Source of the DNA: the human T2T-CHM13v2.0 reference genome, Homo sapiens
NCBI RefSeq assembly: GCF_009914755.1
Contig: NC_060934.1
Length of the DNA: 64,000 nucleotides
Reading direction: 5' to 3' (one strand)
Below, in pieces: positions 47,144 to 62,296 of the stretch. Positions within the stretch are counted from its first letter, which is position 1; each line of letters starts with the position of its first letter. Under the pieces are notes generated by a model. It saw only the letters and a list, made by a program, of their open reading frames with translations. It searched no databases and was not told where the DNA came from. The position numbers and the translations under genes are program-made.

Positions 47144-50100
47144 CATCTGTTTCTAAACCTGTGCCTTCCCCCTAGAGCTCCCTGAAGGCAGGGACTGTGC
47201 CTTATTCACTCTGGGTCCAAGTGCCTGGCACAGGCTTTAAGCTCAATAAACATTTGCTAAACTCTTTTCACCTGCTCAGGAGCTGAGCCTCTGCATTAGG
47301 ACTGGAGGGGACCCCTTTGTCTCTCTTTTCCATACCCAAACCCTAGTCTTGATGTGGCCCACTAGGAGTGGCCTCCAAGGCCTACAGACCTACTTCCAGC
47401 CCAGGCCAGCCTAAAGTGAGGGCAAGTGGTACAGAGAGAACACTGCCTGCTGGCTTAACTCACACCAAATAGCACCTCCTTCAGAAGGGGAATTCCTGTT
47501 AAGTAGAAGGGTTCATAAGTGGAACTCAAAACATGCACATGGTTTTTGATGCTGGATACTGTGAATTTCTTGCCATATTTTTACAAAAGGACCATTATTG
47601 ATTCATTCATTAGGGAAATAAATGAGGTAAAGACAAAAATCAAAAAGAAAATTGAAATAAAAGAAAAGAACAAGAAAAGCAAAAAGAATACAGCGATGTG
47701 AGCTGTTCACCTCCTGAGTTGCTGCTTGCCCATCTCTCCTTGTAAGGTGACTGCACAGTGGGCCTGCCCCACCCTGGCTGCCCTGAGATTTGTATTAGTT
47801 GGCCTAGGGTGAGGCAGGGACAGTGATATTTTTAAAAGCTCAACGATGGAGCCTAGTAAGCAGCCGGTGGGGACACCAACTGCTGCACGATATTCTTGGT
47901 CTGCTCTGGTCTCAAGTTAGAAGCTCCCAAACCCTAAAACTCTGTAAAGGATGCTGCTTGAAAACCAGCCAAGCAGCCCTCTCATCTTATAAATGGAGAA
48001 ACCGAGGTTTAGAAACACAGATGCCAACCTCACAGTCATGTAATGTCACACTTGGTGTCCGGGTTGAGGCCAGGGCCTGCTTCTGTGGATTTTTCACGCC
48101 CACCCTCTATCTTACTAGTGTTGCCAATAGTCTTAAATTCGGGCAGCCCCGTCAACCTCCATCTGTGAGAGGCTTTCCTCCCATTTCATTTTTTTTTTTT
48201 TCCTCCTCAAATGCTCCTTTGAAAGATCTGCTTTTGATGGGAGACATGGACTCGCCCTGCCTCCGCCTCCATGTCTACTGTCCCCTAGATGAGGCAATAC
48301 CAATTAGCTAGTATGAACATGGGCTCTGGAGTCACTCAGGTGTGGCTCTGAAATTTGGCTGCACTAATACTGTGTGGTCCCTGAAAGCCTCAGTTTGACC
48401 AGCTGTAAAATGGGCTTAATACTAGTACATCATTCATAGTGGTTGTGAGGTTGAAAAGACATGGAATACATTTAAAGTGCTCAGAACTGCGTGTGACACA
48501 TAAATGCCAGCTGTTACACGTTATATTATTGTTTTAAATTACTACTGATATAGGGAGGAGAATGTGGTTTCAGGTGTCAGAGCCAGTAAGGAACATCGAC
48601 AGACGTTTTTGCCATTGCTTATTGGCTTCCTTTGGAATGTATGTGGCATTGGTCAGTGGTGTCCACTCCTTGACCAGACAGGCACAAGTCCTCTCTTGGG
48701 AACTGGTAACAGTGAGCTTCCAAGGGAATGGTGTGACGAGCTTGTTAGCCTTGGAGCAGAGGCTCCCTGGGCTTTTACCTCTTATCTACTTTGCCTGCCT
48801 TAAGGTCAGCCCACCCGGGCTGCCTCCTGCAGGGGTCCCAGGTGTATGGACAGACATGAGCCCTTGCTTATTGTGGGATTCAGAAGGGGTTTGCTGCCTT
48901 CTCCTTCACTGTCTCCATTACAGAAACATTTTCCATGCAAGTAATTGCAGAATGAGATAACGAGGAGGAAGATGGGGCAGATGATAGTGGATAAACTAAA
49001 CTAACTTGATTACACTTTTTCCCAAACTTGTTATCCACTCTTGCTGTGCTGTGCGAAATCTCAAAAGCCAATTAAGACCTTACAATCACAACTGCAGGTT
49101 CCAGAGAAGTCTCCCTTATAAGTCTAGCAGATCTGCCAACAGATTGAGCGTGGTGAGAGTAACTCTTCTGCTTTGGATTTTTGTATTTCGGTGAGAACAG
49201 GGAGTTTTATTGTTACGCTTTTAAACAAAGCTATTACACATTGAGATGGGAAGGCAACTCTTCCGCTGATGTGGTGTGTAGTGATTTAGGTGAACCTTTG
49301 GTATTTTAAAGCGGGATCGTTCTGATTGGTAACATTGTCAATTGCACAGAGAACTGATTCATTTTAAGACATGTTGATGCCACTTACAAAATCACAAGTT
49401 AAAGGACTTTGGGAAATCATTTAAGTCAGAGAAGCAACATTTGATTTATTTCTCAGCTTACTATTAGCTTCCTTTTATCAATATTACTTGACCTTTAAAT
49501 CAGTTTTTTAATAGACAAGATAACCTTATAGGGTCATGGTAAGTGTGAATGAAATAATGTATGTTAAGTGTATAATTCAGCACCTGGAATGTAGAAGGGG
49601 TGCTGAAACTTTTGGCTTCTCCATTGTTTGGGAGGGGAGATTCATAGCATTTTGACAGAAAAAAACTCTAAAGTCATCCAGTCCAGTTCCTTAGTGAGAA
49701 AAATGAGGAACACAGAAAGAGAGAGAACTGTAAATGATTTACTCAGATTGCTTTAGCAGCTAAGCCAAGGATAGAACGTGAATGTCCTGGCTTCCAGAGT
49801 TGGTGGCTACTTTTTACCTGGTCCTTGACTGTTTCCCATGCCAGCAGGAAACCCAAAGCTCTCAACCCAGAGGCACCTGGAAATCCAAGACAGGAGAGGG
49901 CAGGGGAACTAAGGGATGGAGACCATGATGAGAAAAGGCTCCAGAAGTCAGGGGCTCTCTGGGAGCAGATGTGGTCCCCACTGGAGAAGGACCATGTCCC
50001 AAGATGGCCTTGTGGGGTGACATTATTCAGGAAGGGCCTGGATGGAGGGAAGAGGAGCTTGGGGAAAAGAATGATCAGGGAGAGTGATCAAAGAACAGAA

Positions 50101-53100
50101 GGGCAGTGTCAGGAGCCCAGAGTCAATGCCAGCCCCCCTTGAGTGGTTTATAAAGCATTTTCACATTTATTATCTTATTTGAAGCCTTAAAACAGTTCTG
50201 CCATGTGGGTGGAATGTCAATATGTGCTGAATGAATGAGTGAGTGAATGAATGAATGATGACTGAAAGCTAACATTTATTAAACCTGCTTACTATATGCC
50301 AGTCATTGCATTTAAAATAAGCCTTTTACAGATGAGGGAACTGAGGCACACAGAAGTAAAGTGATTGGCCAAGGTCAAACCCTAGGAAGGATATTTCAGA
50401 ATTCGTGCTTTTCATTTAACTATCTTGCCATACTGCAAGTGCATGAAAGAAAAGTAGGTGGATGGATTTCCATTTTACCAACAAGGAAGTAGCAACATTG
50501 AAGGGCAAGAGGCTCCTACAGTTGTAAAGTAATCAGTGGTCAAGTCACTGCTAGTTAGCTCTTTTGATCTCTAGTCCAACATGCTGCTAACTAGCTCCAG
50601 CTTGTATCCCACACTACTTGGGCAGGCTCTGGGTCCTCCCACCACATACCGAGTCAAGCTGTTGTCTTCAGCCCACCCATTGTCCCACCCTCACCTCAGT
50701 GTGCTCTTGCCCCACATTTTCAAAAATAGTCATAATGGAAATAGCCCAGGATTATGGTTAGAAGTTTAAGTTCCAGTTTTGATGCTTGTTAGCTGAATGA
50801 CTTTGGGCAGGGCAAGAAACCTCTTTGAGACTCAGCTTCCCTCTCTGGAAATTGGAGATAACAGTGCCTACTTTTCACTTGTAAGGTTTGAGATAAGATG
50901 TAAGAAGTGTCTAGCAGCTTCTTGGCAGGTAAGAAGCACTCAGTAAATTGATCAGCTGATCCTTCCCTCCCTCCCTACTTCCTTTTGTCCCTCCAGGTGC
51001 CTCTGAAGATGACATCTCATTTACTGCATGAATAAGGAGCGGTTCAGGCAGCTGTCATGTATCAAATCCAATTCTCAGTGAGTGCAGCAGGGCTGATATA
51101 GCTCCATCAGTTGGGATAGATGATGAAGAACGCAAGGTTTGCAAGTTGATCTTTCGTTGGAGAATTGGTGGTGATAGCGGTGGTGGACAGGGACACATTG
51201 ACCACACAGATGCTGTGGACCAGTTCGTCTTAATGAACCACTTGGCGAATGAGTACCCAGCAAAGTCCAGGCTCCCTGAGAATAGACATGCATTTGTTCA
51301 CAGGGGAGCAGACTTCAGAGAGTGGGACCAAGGGGCCCTGGTGACCGTTAAATACCCGCTACTCCCCAGACGAGCTAGCAGCCAGTTTGAGCAGCCATGA
51401 GAGGTGGTGTGAACACAGTGTCACACTGCACAACTGCGGTAGGAGTGGGCCACCAACACATGGGTGTGGCGGTCTGGATGGGGAAGACCTTGGGGTGGGC
51501 ATTTGCCTTGTCCAAAGTGGGCAGCTGCTTCTTAGTTTTTTGGACTGAGTGCTGCCGTGGGGAGATGCAGACTCAAGGTTGCCAGATCAAATGCTTCATC
51601 AGAAGCCAGAAATTCAGATGTTAATGTAAGAGCTCCTGTTTTTAAAATATTGGCCATGAGTTACATTTAAAAAAAAAAATTTTAACATGGAGCAGCTCAA
51701 ACCAAATATGCAGCAGGCTGCAATTAGTTCAGGTTGCCAGCTGCCAGCTTCCGATTAAAGATTCCAGGTGGCAGAGGCTTGGGTCTTCATTGGAACAGCT
51801 GACATGGATTTATTTGTTCAGTCATTGATTCAACAAATATTTATTGAGCACCTACTGCATGCCAGGCACTATTCTAAGTGCTGGGGATACAGCTCAGACC
51901 ACAAGCAGACAAGAATGCCTGCTGCCCTTGTGGAGCTGGTGTTCTGCTGTGACCCCTCCATTCTGCCTGAGGCCACTGAATCTTTGCAGTAGTAATGATG
52001 ATGATGACCTGGTTATTCCCTCTCCTCTTCTTAGGGAGACTTAAAGTGAGCAGCTCAACCTCAGTCATAAAGTCCGGTTGTACCAAACAGGCAACCATTC
52101 CTGGTCCTTGACTCAGGTGATGGCCACTGGTGGGGACAGAGACCCCACCTTGGGGATGTCTCCAGCTGTCCAAAGTCAAGACCAGTTCTATAGGCCACGT
52201 GCTTGAGATGCCTCCATTTGCATTTGAATTGAGAAGTTCAGAGTTTGCAGTACAGGTGGCCATGAAAACATTTATTGATATCCACTGTGAGCAAAAACTT
52301 TTGGGACAAAAATGAGGGCTCCTTATCTGCTTAAAAAACAGCCCCTGCCATTCCTTAGGGTGGGAGGAAGCCCCCGAGTTCTCCAGAGCTCAGCCACTGA
52401 GCAGATAGACATGCTGTGGGAAGCTGCATTCCAGAGCCTCATTGAATGCTCACATGTTTGCAGCCCTGTCCTGGATGCCTGCCCTCAGCCTCTCTTCTAA
52501 TCATGGGCTGTATTTGTGGCTGTTTCATCTTACACATCTGATTCCTCTCACCTGCCAGACCATTCTAGAACACAGCCTTGTTCCTCCATGGGGGAACAGT
52601 AGGTCAGAGAAATGGTCATGGGTGTCAGGTCAGGACTGTGCTGATTTCTGCCAAGGACTGGGGTGAGATCTCGAGGGAGCAGCAGAAAGGCCTGATGCCA
52701 CCTGTGCTGCTGCTCACTGGAGCCAGGGGAACTCAGATGACATTACAAGGAAGGAAAATCTCAAAGACACCTCACAGTCCCCTATTTAGGAAAACACGCT
52801 CTCTGTATATTGTGTTTTAATGAAAATGGCAGCTCAAAAGCACCTTCAAACTAAGTTCTGTTTTTCACTGTGTTTTCCCCTGAGTGATGAGTAGCATTCT
52901 TTCCTGTCCTCGAGCCCCTATCTCTGCTCAGGGTTATGTCCTAGAGTCTTGCTGTGTCCTGGTGCGGGGTATACAGACTGTCCCAGACTGCTTTCCCATT
53001 GGGAAATTTATTTGGCCAAGACAGGAGCCGAGTTCTGGAGGTCTCTGGGCTGCTGGCCCTGCTGGGTGAGGGGACCTGGCTTGTGCTAAGGTGCATCTGA

Positions 53101-55636
53101 GCTCTGGGTTGCCCAGGAAGCCAGTAGGAGGTGAATTCTGCAGATTTCCCTGGGTCACAAGCTTACTGGCCTCGTTCTGCCCCAAGTCACCTGCCACTGT
53201 GATGTTCACTTTCGCCAGTACCTCATCACTCAAAGTTATTAAGCAGCTGCTTTTGGAGGCATTCAGGGCCACATCCGAGCCAGGGAGAGGGCTCCTCAGT
53301 GCCCCAGGCTCCAGGGCACCAGCACCTTTAACCTGAGCATTTTGAAGGTGACTCATTTTGTGACTGACCCAACCTCTTTCCAGTTCTCTTTCTTTCTCTT
53401 TCTGATATTTCCTATCCTGCCCTTCCTTTTACTTTTTTTTCTCATTATTCTTCCCATTGTCTTCACTGAAATCTAGATGAAGCTAAATATTTCCCAATAA
53501 TAGGCTGTTTCTTTAGTTGGTAAAACACCTAATTTTGTAGCATCTCAATGGCCAATGGGCAAAGTTGTTTTACAGAACTTCTTGATGTGAAAATTTTTAA
53601 ATACCCTCCACCAATTATCAGCACTTTTATTTCATCTGCTTCCCTCTCTCCCTTTTTTGGTGAAGTCTTTTAAAGCAGATCCTAGATATGGCATCATGTC
53701 TGTATATACTTTGATATGGAATTTTAATCTCTAAGAACAACAACAACAAAACCCAACAACAACAAAACCCAACAACAAACATACAAGCAAACAAAAAAAC
53801 CCAAGTGATCTCCCATTACTATTGTAATACCTGATGAAATTAATAATAATTTCTTTGAATCAGGATCCAAATAAGGTCCACACATATTTGGTATACAAAT
53901 TTTTGGAAATAATTTGTTTTTCATTTAGAATTCTTTGGTAATTAGTACTACTATTAATGCCAGTTGCTGAGTGCCTCTTGTGAGATCTTGACAATTATCT
54001 CAAATCTTCACCACCTCCTAACAGAGTGCTCTGCCCATTTTATAGATGAGCAGGGCAACTTAACTGCTTGACCCAGGTTATGAGGCCTCGACTGGATCCT
54101 GCTCTGTCAGCTGCTGCACCCAGGTTTACGTAGACCAGGATTTTCTGTTTGTGTTCAGACAATGAAAATATTTTCAGTCTTCTGTTGTTTACTCCCAAAG
54201 GAAAGGCACCTTCTGTAGAAAGGTTTGAAAATAGTTGCACTAAACATTTGGACTTCTGGGGTGATGCATGTGGTTTCTGCACATTGTGTTGCTGCCAAAT
54301 ATGCTTACGTTTACACCATGCCCCATAGCAGCCATGTTTGAATGTGTTTTGCTATTTTTATTATGAGGCAGAAGTGGTTTTCAATATCCTGTTGCTGCTG
54401 AAGACAACTCCTGCAGGAAGGGAAGCACAGAACAGCCTGGCTCTTTACGTCCATTCTGCATTACCTCACTGTTTATTCCTCCCCACAGCTGCTGAGATAG
54501 TGGCAGTTATCTCCATTTACAGAAGAGGGCTCGGAGGGGACATATGCCTTGCCCAAATCACACCATGAGTAAGAGGCAAAGGCAGGATGCAGGGGTTTCA
54601 ACTCCACAGCTCTGGCTGCCAGCCCTTGTACTTTCAGAGCAACACTATCTTCCTTGCTATTTCCCCACTTTTAAGGTCCTGCTTCTGGACCTTTCTATGC
54701 CAACATTTTATCCTGAAAAATTCCAAATATTTAGAAAGGTTGAAAGAGTAGAATGATCCCCTATATGCTCTACCTAGATATAGCAATTGTTAACATGTAA
54801 TCATATTGGTTGGATATCTCTGTTTATTGTTCATATATGTATTTTTCTGAACTACCTGAAAGTAACTTACTGATACCTGAGGTTCCTAAACCCCCCTAAA
54901 TGTTTCAGCTGCTTCTCCTACAAAGAGGGCATTCTTCTACATATCCATGTCATTACTGCACTGAAGAAAATTAGTATACTTCCTTACTGTCACCTAAAAT
55001 CTAATTCATTCTCTAATCCCACAATTTCCCCAATCATCCTCAGTGTTTCTTTTTAATAGCTTTTGGTTTGTTTTGACCCAAGACCTGGTCAGAGCACATA
55101 TGTTTCATTTTTGATTGTTTTGTCTCTTCGGGCTCTTGTAATCTGGAACATTTAGCTTTATTCTAACTTTATTCGTGGGTTCACCTAATTGTTCATTGAG
55201 GGTGTTTGACTTGTTCCTCTTCCCCTGTTGGGTCTAAGGGTTTGATGAGATCCGGAGTATGCATGTTTGGGAAGAATGCTCAGTGGGATGCCATGGCCGT
55301 CCTGTCTCCTTGTGTTGAGGGCACAGGAGAAAGGGTCTGTGGTTCCAGTGTCAGGGGCCACAGGTAAAGAATGCAAGTTAGGGTCATTTTTCTAAAAGCT
55401 GAAGAAGAGTCAGCATGAGCAGGCAGAGGCTTTGCATTGGGAGCTTTGCTTTACCCGCACGGCCTGTTCTGGTCCTCTCTCTGCCAGTCCCGCTGCCTTC
55501 CATGCCCTGGGAGCTGGATAGATGGATGACATCTCCAGGCTTGGGCCACACATTTCCATACTGTCCACTCACCAATCCCCCCCCATCCTACCCCAGTGTG
55601 TTTAGGAGGGTACAGCAGTAGAGTACGTGTTTTCAT

Positions 55637-56124
55637 TGTCTCTTATACACGTTCTCGTCGAGGGAGGGATTCCTGCCCTAGGGTTATGAGGATGGTCATA
55701 CATGACACTCAACACTGGGCAGATGAGATCAACGGCAGCTTACTCCCCACATATACTCACAGCCCAGGGGAGGAGTACACTGCACGCCATGCAGGGACAC
55801 AAGGAACAGAGTGAACAGCCAGGGACTATGGGAGGCAGGCTTTGTAGTGTATCAGGAGGGTGGGGTGGTCCCTGGTAGTGGCAGGAGGATGTAATTGACT
55901 TATTGAATAATTCCACGAGCTAGCAGGAAGCTGAGACTCACTATTCCGAGATAAGCAGAAACTGTGCCTGGTCATATCAATAAGAAATGTTGTTTGGCTA
56001 CAGGACCTTATTTGTGAAAGCAGAGTAGGGAGGGGAACTTGTGGTTAGGACATTTGAATGCATTTTGGTTTCAGATGTCAAAACAAGACATAACATTGGG
56101 CCTCAATTTTAGACTTTACACTGC
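55637..56124 (-). mobile_element. Solo LTR of the same family as 1050-1529 (MER70-like; tentative)
   Basis: Shared blocks in the same order: gcaggctttgtagt, gataagcagaaactg, gtttggcta..ggaccttat, acttgtggttagg, cagatgtcaa, tacactgc. Confidence 0.55.
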
Positions 56125-58779
56125 TCAAATTTAACACCCTTATTATTCATTCACTATGTGTACTCATCCTCATAAGCACTTCATATGAATTAATTCATTT
56201 AATCCTTACACCAACCCTCTGAGGTAGGCGCTATTATCAGCGTCACTTCAGAGATGAGGCAACTGAGGCCTGACAAGTCAAGCACCTTGCCCAAGGTCAC
56301 GTGGCTGGTAAGGAAAGAATAAAAATCCAACCCAGGAGAGCTGCCCGCAGAATCTGTGCCCCCACAGTTGAAAAGGGCATGAGATTTAGAGTGAGGGCAC
56401 GAGGACATGACTCCCGGCTCTGCCTTGGTTGGGCATTTATGCTTGCTAAGCCTCAGTCTTTGCATCTGAGTTGGGAGGCTTATCACAGAGCAAGAAGAAC
56501 CATCCCCAAGAGGGGGTGGTAATTCCGGGAGCTGTTCCTGGTCCAGTCCTGGGCTGGTCTCTACATGCCAGTCTTCCTTATCCAGGTGAGGGGTGGATTA
56601 TTTGATTAAATCAGCTGCTGCAAAGGAAGCCCCTCTTTGGATGATAGGTACAAGAGAGTTGGTAGGAGCAACTTCTTGGGGTCTTCATTTCTTTTTCCAC
56701 CTCCTTCCCTGTGCATTCTTTCTTTCCCCTCTTTCCAACAAACATCAAACTTTGCTCTGCAAAAATCTGATCTCAGTTGTCCACACTGAGTGAGACTGGA
56801 GATCGACATGTTGCATTTCCCAAGTAAGGTCATATCTCTGTATCTCTAATTGGGGAAAAATCTGTGTCTTATTAAAATAATTGCAGATGCCATTGAGCTG
56901 GTGGGGAAAGCATGTATGTGTGTGTTGTATGTGTGTATTGTGTATGGCTGTGTTGCTTGACTTCCTTAAAAGTCCAGTGCATGTACGGAGGAAGAGTGCA
57001 CTCCGTGCCGTATAGACTTAGGCAAGACATCTGACATCTTGTAGCTTCAGTGCACTCATTTCTAAAATAGGAATAATGGTAATTCCTGCCTCATAGTGTT
57101 CTTATGAGGGTGAAGTCCTGTTGGAAAGCAGCAAGTGAAGGGCTTGGCATGAGATGTCTGCAATATCATAACTAACTATGATTATTATTCTAATTGTTAG
57201 CTTTGTTTTGGGGGATAGCCAACTACTCCAATTCAGAGTAAAGACCTGTCTGAGGGCAGTTTGCTGGCCCACAGGCTTACAGAGATAATCCATCAACATG
57301 TTCTCCCTATAACCACACCCACCCCTTGTTCCCAGGACTAATGAATAATCTGATAGGCCTCCTTCCTGCCAAGAGTGGAGTGGCCTGCCTTTTCTGCTGA
57401 CCACATCGGATGCCTGTTTATAAGAGCTTTTCCCCATTGCCCGAGAGAGAGGCTGACTAGGGAGGAAAAATCAATAGTGCAGTGAGGAAATATGCTTTCC
57501 TTTCGGCTCTCACCTGGAAAATGTTTTTTGTTTATCATGTGTCTTCAAGTGTTACTATTTTTTTTTCTTCAGATCTCAGGGGTTGAAAGTGACTTTCTGG
57601 GCCATTGTTTGTTCACAGAATAACCAAATGATGCAGAGTTTTGTTGCCATTCTTCTATCTGCTCCCTTTTCCCAACACACAACCTCACTACCCTCGGGTG
57701 GGGCTTAAAGAAGGTGGGGCAGCCTTCTCAGACCCAGCATATTCACATTTGTAAGATAAACAGCCACTGTTTGTGGAGGCCTTCAGTGCCCCAGGTGCTA
57801 TGCTGGACCCTAACTTATTACTGAACAGAATATTCACAATGGCCTTGGAAGGTATGGCAGCATCCTGGGGGACGGGAGGAAGATATGTAGCCTCAGAGAG
57901 GTCAAGTGACTTTTTTCAAGCTACCCTGCCAGCAAACACCAAAGCAGGGATTTGGACTAAGTCTAATGATCTGATCTGGTTTATATTTCAGTATAATCTT
58001 TTGTTATTTATAGTTGGGAAAAAGGATGATGAAGTCTGTCATCCTAGTACTTGACTTTAAAGCCCCCTGGAGTCTTAACCTATCTTGAAAAAGGCCTGTC
58101 ATCCAGGCACATGGGCTAAGGGCATTGGCAAATCCATGAAATCTTTTAGAAGCTTATAGGGATCCTCTGGGGCTTTGGGCACTTGACTTTGAATTAGAAG
58201 AGAGCCAGGGGGAGAGTGGCATCACTGTCCCTTGTCATGGACTTGCTGTTTCTGCTGGTGTGATGTCAATATCAGCCATTCCTTTGGATTCCCAACTTTG
58301 GGCTGCACCTGTTGCCACATTTGGCATATGAACTGTGATAGATACATACCTTGGAACATCCCTAGAGGACCAGGGTCCTCACAGGTGGCTCTGGGTGGGA
58401 GGCTATTTCATGAGACCAACTACTGGAGCACTCCAATCTAGACATCTTCTTAAAGCAGAGTGCAGTGGCAAGCTCATGTGTTCTGATGCGTACAAGCAAA
58501 AACCTCAACACCCAATTCCACGATCTGTTGTGACCCAGATTATACAATCTGTAATCTCCATAAGAGTTGGGACCATATTTGTATTCACCAGTGTTATAGG
58601 ACAGTACCTGGCACATCATGGACACTCAGTAAATATTTGTTGAATGAAGAAAAATTTGGCAAAGATGATAGTCCACTCTCTGTCCCCTCCTGTGTCCTTT
58701 CTATATAACAAGACACATATCCTGGGGTCTTTAAGTCATGTTGAGCTATGGAAACAGAATTAACCAACAAGAGCATGGG

Positions 58780-58828
58780 AGTGAGAGAGAGAGAGAGAGA
58801 AAGGAATAGGGAGAGAGAGAGAGAGAAT

Positions 58829-58866
<38 letters not shown>

Positions 58867-58885
58867 AGGTGAGCATATGTGAGTG
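58780..58885. repeat. Compound (GA)n/(GT)n microsatellite
   Basis: Direct reading. Confidence 0.92.
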
Positions 58886-59680
58886 TAGTTTTTATCTGTC
58901 ATGAGTCTAGATGCTGCCCCATCTAGCCCTAGTCTGGGGATCCTCCTAGGGGGTAGGACCATATTTTAATTTGATGCCAAGGCGGTTAAAGGCCTGGAGA
59001 GCCCCCAGTGATGCCACGTGTGCCTCTGGAATTGCATCTGCTGCTTGTAGGTGAAGATTCAGGTGACCAAAAAAAGGTAGTCGGTGGTGCTTTTGTGATT
59101 TAGCAGTGAAAGAGCCACTGGCAGCCACGGTTTGCCTAAAGGGGAGGGGTGTGTGGTTTTCTGTTATATTTCGCTTTCAGATCACTCCAACTTTAGTTTT
59201 CTTCCTGCTTTTCATTCTTAGTCAATATCAGATTCTCCTTTACCTCTTTTCCATTTTGGTTAATTTGAGTGGATTATCCCTGCATCTTAAATAATTACAT
59301 CCTTTTGCTTGCCTTCCACTCACTTAATTTCAGGCAGTGTGTATGTGTGTGCACACACAAGTGTGTGTTTATGTGTGTGGGGTGTGTGTGTGCATTTTGT
59401 GTGTATGTATATATAATTATAAGCTTTAAGGAAGATTTAAACATCTGAACCACACATGAACAATGCACAAACTAAAGAGAAAATTGCTTGGCATAAAGTT
59501 AGAATTACATCTTTGAATTTTCTTCATGAATTTTTTTTTCTTGCCCTGTCTTATGGTGCTGAGTGAATGTGTTTTAAGGTCTTCAAACTATATCATGAGA
59601 AAATTAAGGAGAAAATATATATAACTGCCCCCACTTTGCCCAGGAGAAATTAAGATACAAATATATCAAGATAACTGTCC

Positions 59681-60194
<514 letters not shown>

Positions 60195-60543
60195 TCATAG
60201 TTAACAATTCATGAATGCTTGTAATGGGGGAAGTCCATGATTTTGAGGTGAGACTGGCACTGCTGCTGAATTAGAGTTTATTGATAACAATGAAGAAAAT
60301 ATTGCATTCACACCTATACAGTGTCATTAAATAGCATTTTTTCCTTTGAAATGATTCATAAATGATACCTTGTAATCTGTTAGAGTTCCATGCCTCCTAC
60401 TCATGTAAGGCGGTTTATTTTTGGTCATCAAACCTAATGAAGTTTTAGGAGTCTTACTCTACTCTTAAATAAATTGTGAGATGCAATGATACAATGGATA
60501 ACTAGTGGTATTATCCACATGATTTCAGTACAGAGGGCCCTGA

Positions 60544-60858
<315 letters not shown>

Positions 60859-61292
60859 TAATGAAGGCTTTGCAGAGATGGGGAAAGGCTGTCACAGTGA
60901 GAACAACAGGCCTGACCCTCATCCCCAAAGGCACTCTGCATCCTTGGATCTGTCTGAGCCTTCTGGACATTAAGATGTTTTTAGCCGTTCTGTTTTTATT
61001 GGAAGTAAAAGTAAACTAAATGGTTTTACCCACCTTCTACTGGTTAAAGAGTTGCTGCAATTTCTTTAGCCTTTTCTTGAAAAACTCAAGGACGTCTGTC
61101 ATTATGCTGGCCAGGAATATACTGACACTTGCAAGCTACTAAGGCTGGCAGGGCTATAGTCCTCTACGCTGAATGGCTTCAGGTTGCTGTGCCTTTTCAT
61201 TTTGTTTTCTATATTTTTTTCTCCCCCATGACACAAGTGGTGCTTGAGATGATTTTAATGGCTTTGTGAGGTGAGTTTAGATTCAGATTGTA

Positions 61293-61382
61293 TTGGGTTG
61301 GTGCAAAGGTAATTGGGGTTTTTGCCATGCTTTTTTTTTTTTTTAAATGGCAACAACCACAATTACTTTTGCACCAATGTAA
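61293..61382. mobile_element. MADE1 (Hsmar1-derived MITE)
   Basis: TTGGGTTGGTGCAAAGGTAATTG...CAATTACTTTTGCACCAATGTAA inverted termini with a TA TSD on both sides. Confidence 0.9.
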
Positions 61383-61419
61383 TACATGGATGTGACCCAC
61401 CTTCTACCACAGTCATGGA

Positions 61420-61695
61420 GAAGATCCCCTGGGGATCATGTTAAATGCAGACTCTGATCCACTAGGTCTGGGGTGGGGCTGGAGATTCTCCATTTTTAAC
61501 AAGATCCCACATGATGCTGCTGCCCTGGCCCCTTGTGACTCAAGGTTTGATCTACAGATCGGCAGCGTGGGCCCCCCAGGAAGCTTGCTGGAAATGCTAG
61601 CTCTAAGGTCTTTTCTGAACCTGCTGTCTCTGTATCTGCAGTCACAACACTCCCAAGTGATCCCTGGACATATTAAAGTTTGGGAACCGCCGACC
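61420..61695. mobile_element. MER5A-like hAT MITE fragments
   Basis: gttaaatgcagactctgatccactaggtctggggtggggc...ttttaacaag and ...ctctgtatctgca...ctcccaagtgat...aaagtttgggaaccgc. Confidence 0.65.
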
Positions 61696-62296
61696 TAACA
61701 CACTGCTGGAGACCACACCTTCACACCTTCCCTAGAAGCAGGGTTCCCATTTCTTGGATTCCAAACCACTTCCAAACCACTTCCAAAGAGCTTGTGGGAG
61801 GATGTTTCCAGGCCTGGGCATGTCCTCTCTTGGGAACACCTTTAATGTCTCCAGGACTTTCCATTCCACTATGTGCCCACCTCTGTCCCTGTTAAGATCC
61901 TTAAGCTTTATTAAGACCTTGGTCCTCTGCATATTAGCTCCACTGTCTGCATGCTTTGAGACAGACGCCAGTGGCTGGAGCATGGCTGGAGAAGGGACAT
62001 CAATCTTTCTTAGTACTGCTACTCCCAGAGGATATAATTTGCTTGATAGATGTGTTCTGGCTGCAGCTACTCAGGGTAGAGTGAGGGATTGTGCAAAAGC
62101 CTGGGTGCACCAGTCTTTAGAAAAATTGCCACGAGGATAATAAAACCTGAAAGACAAACAAGACGAGGAAGGAAGGTGCTCTGTGGTGTACCTGGTCCCA
62201 TTGCCCTGTGGCCGGTTGTGTGAGAAGAAATAGGAGTCAAGGTTCTGGGGTCTCACAGAGTGGGGGTGTGTGGCCATCACAGTGTCAATCGCACCC

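Noticed and set aside
49190-49400. Possible enhancer (CCAAT-, SOX- and FOX-like words in non-repeat DNA)
   Set aside because: Short motifs at chance frequency; needs conservation or chromatin data.
51000-51300. Possible minus-strand CR1-like RT fossil
   Set aside because: Only vague motif resemblance; cannot be supported without a profile search.
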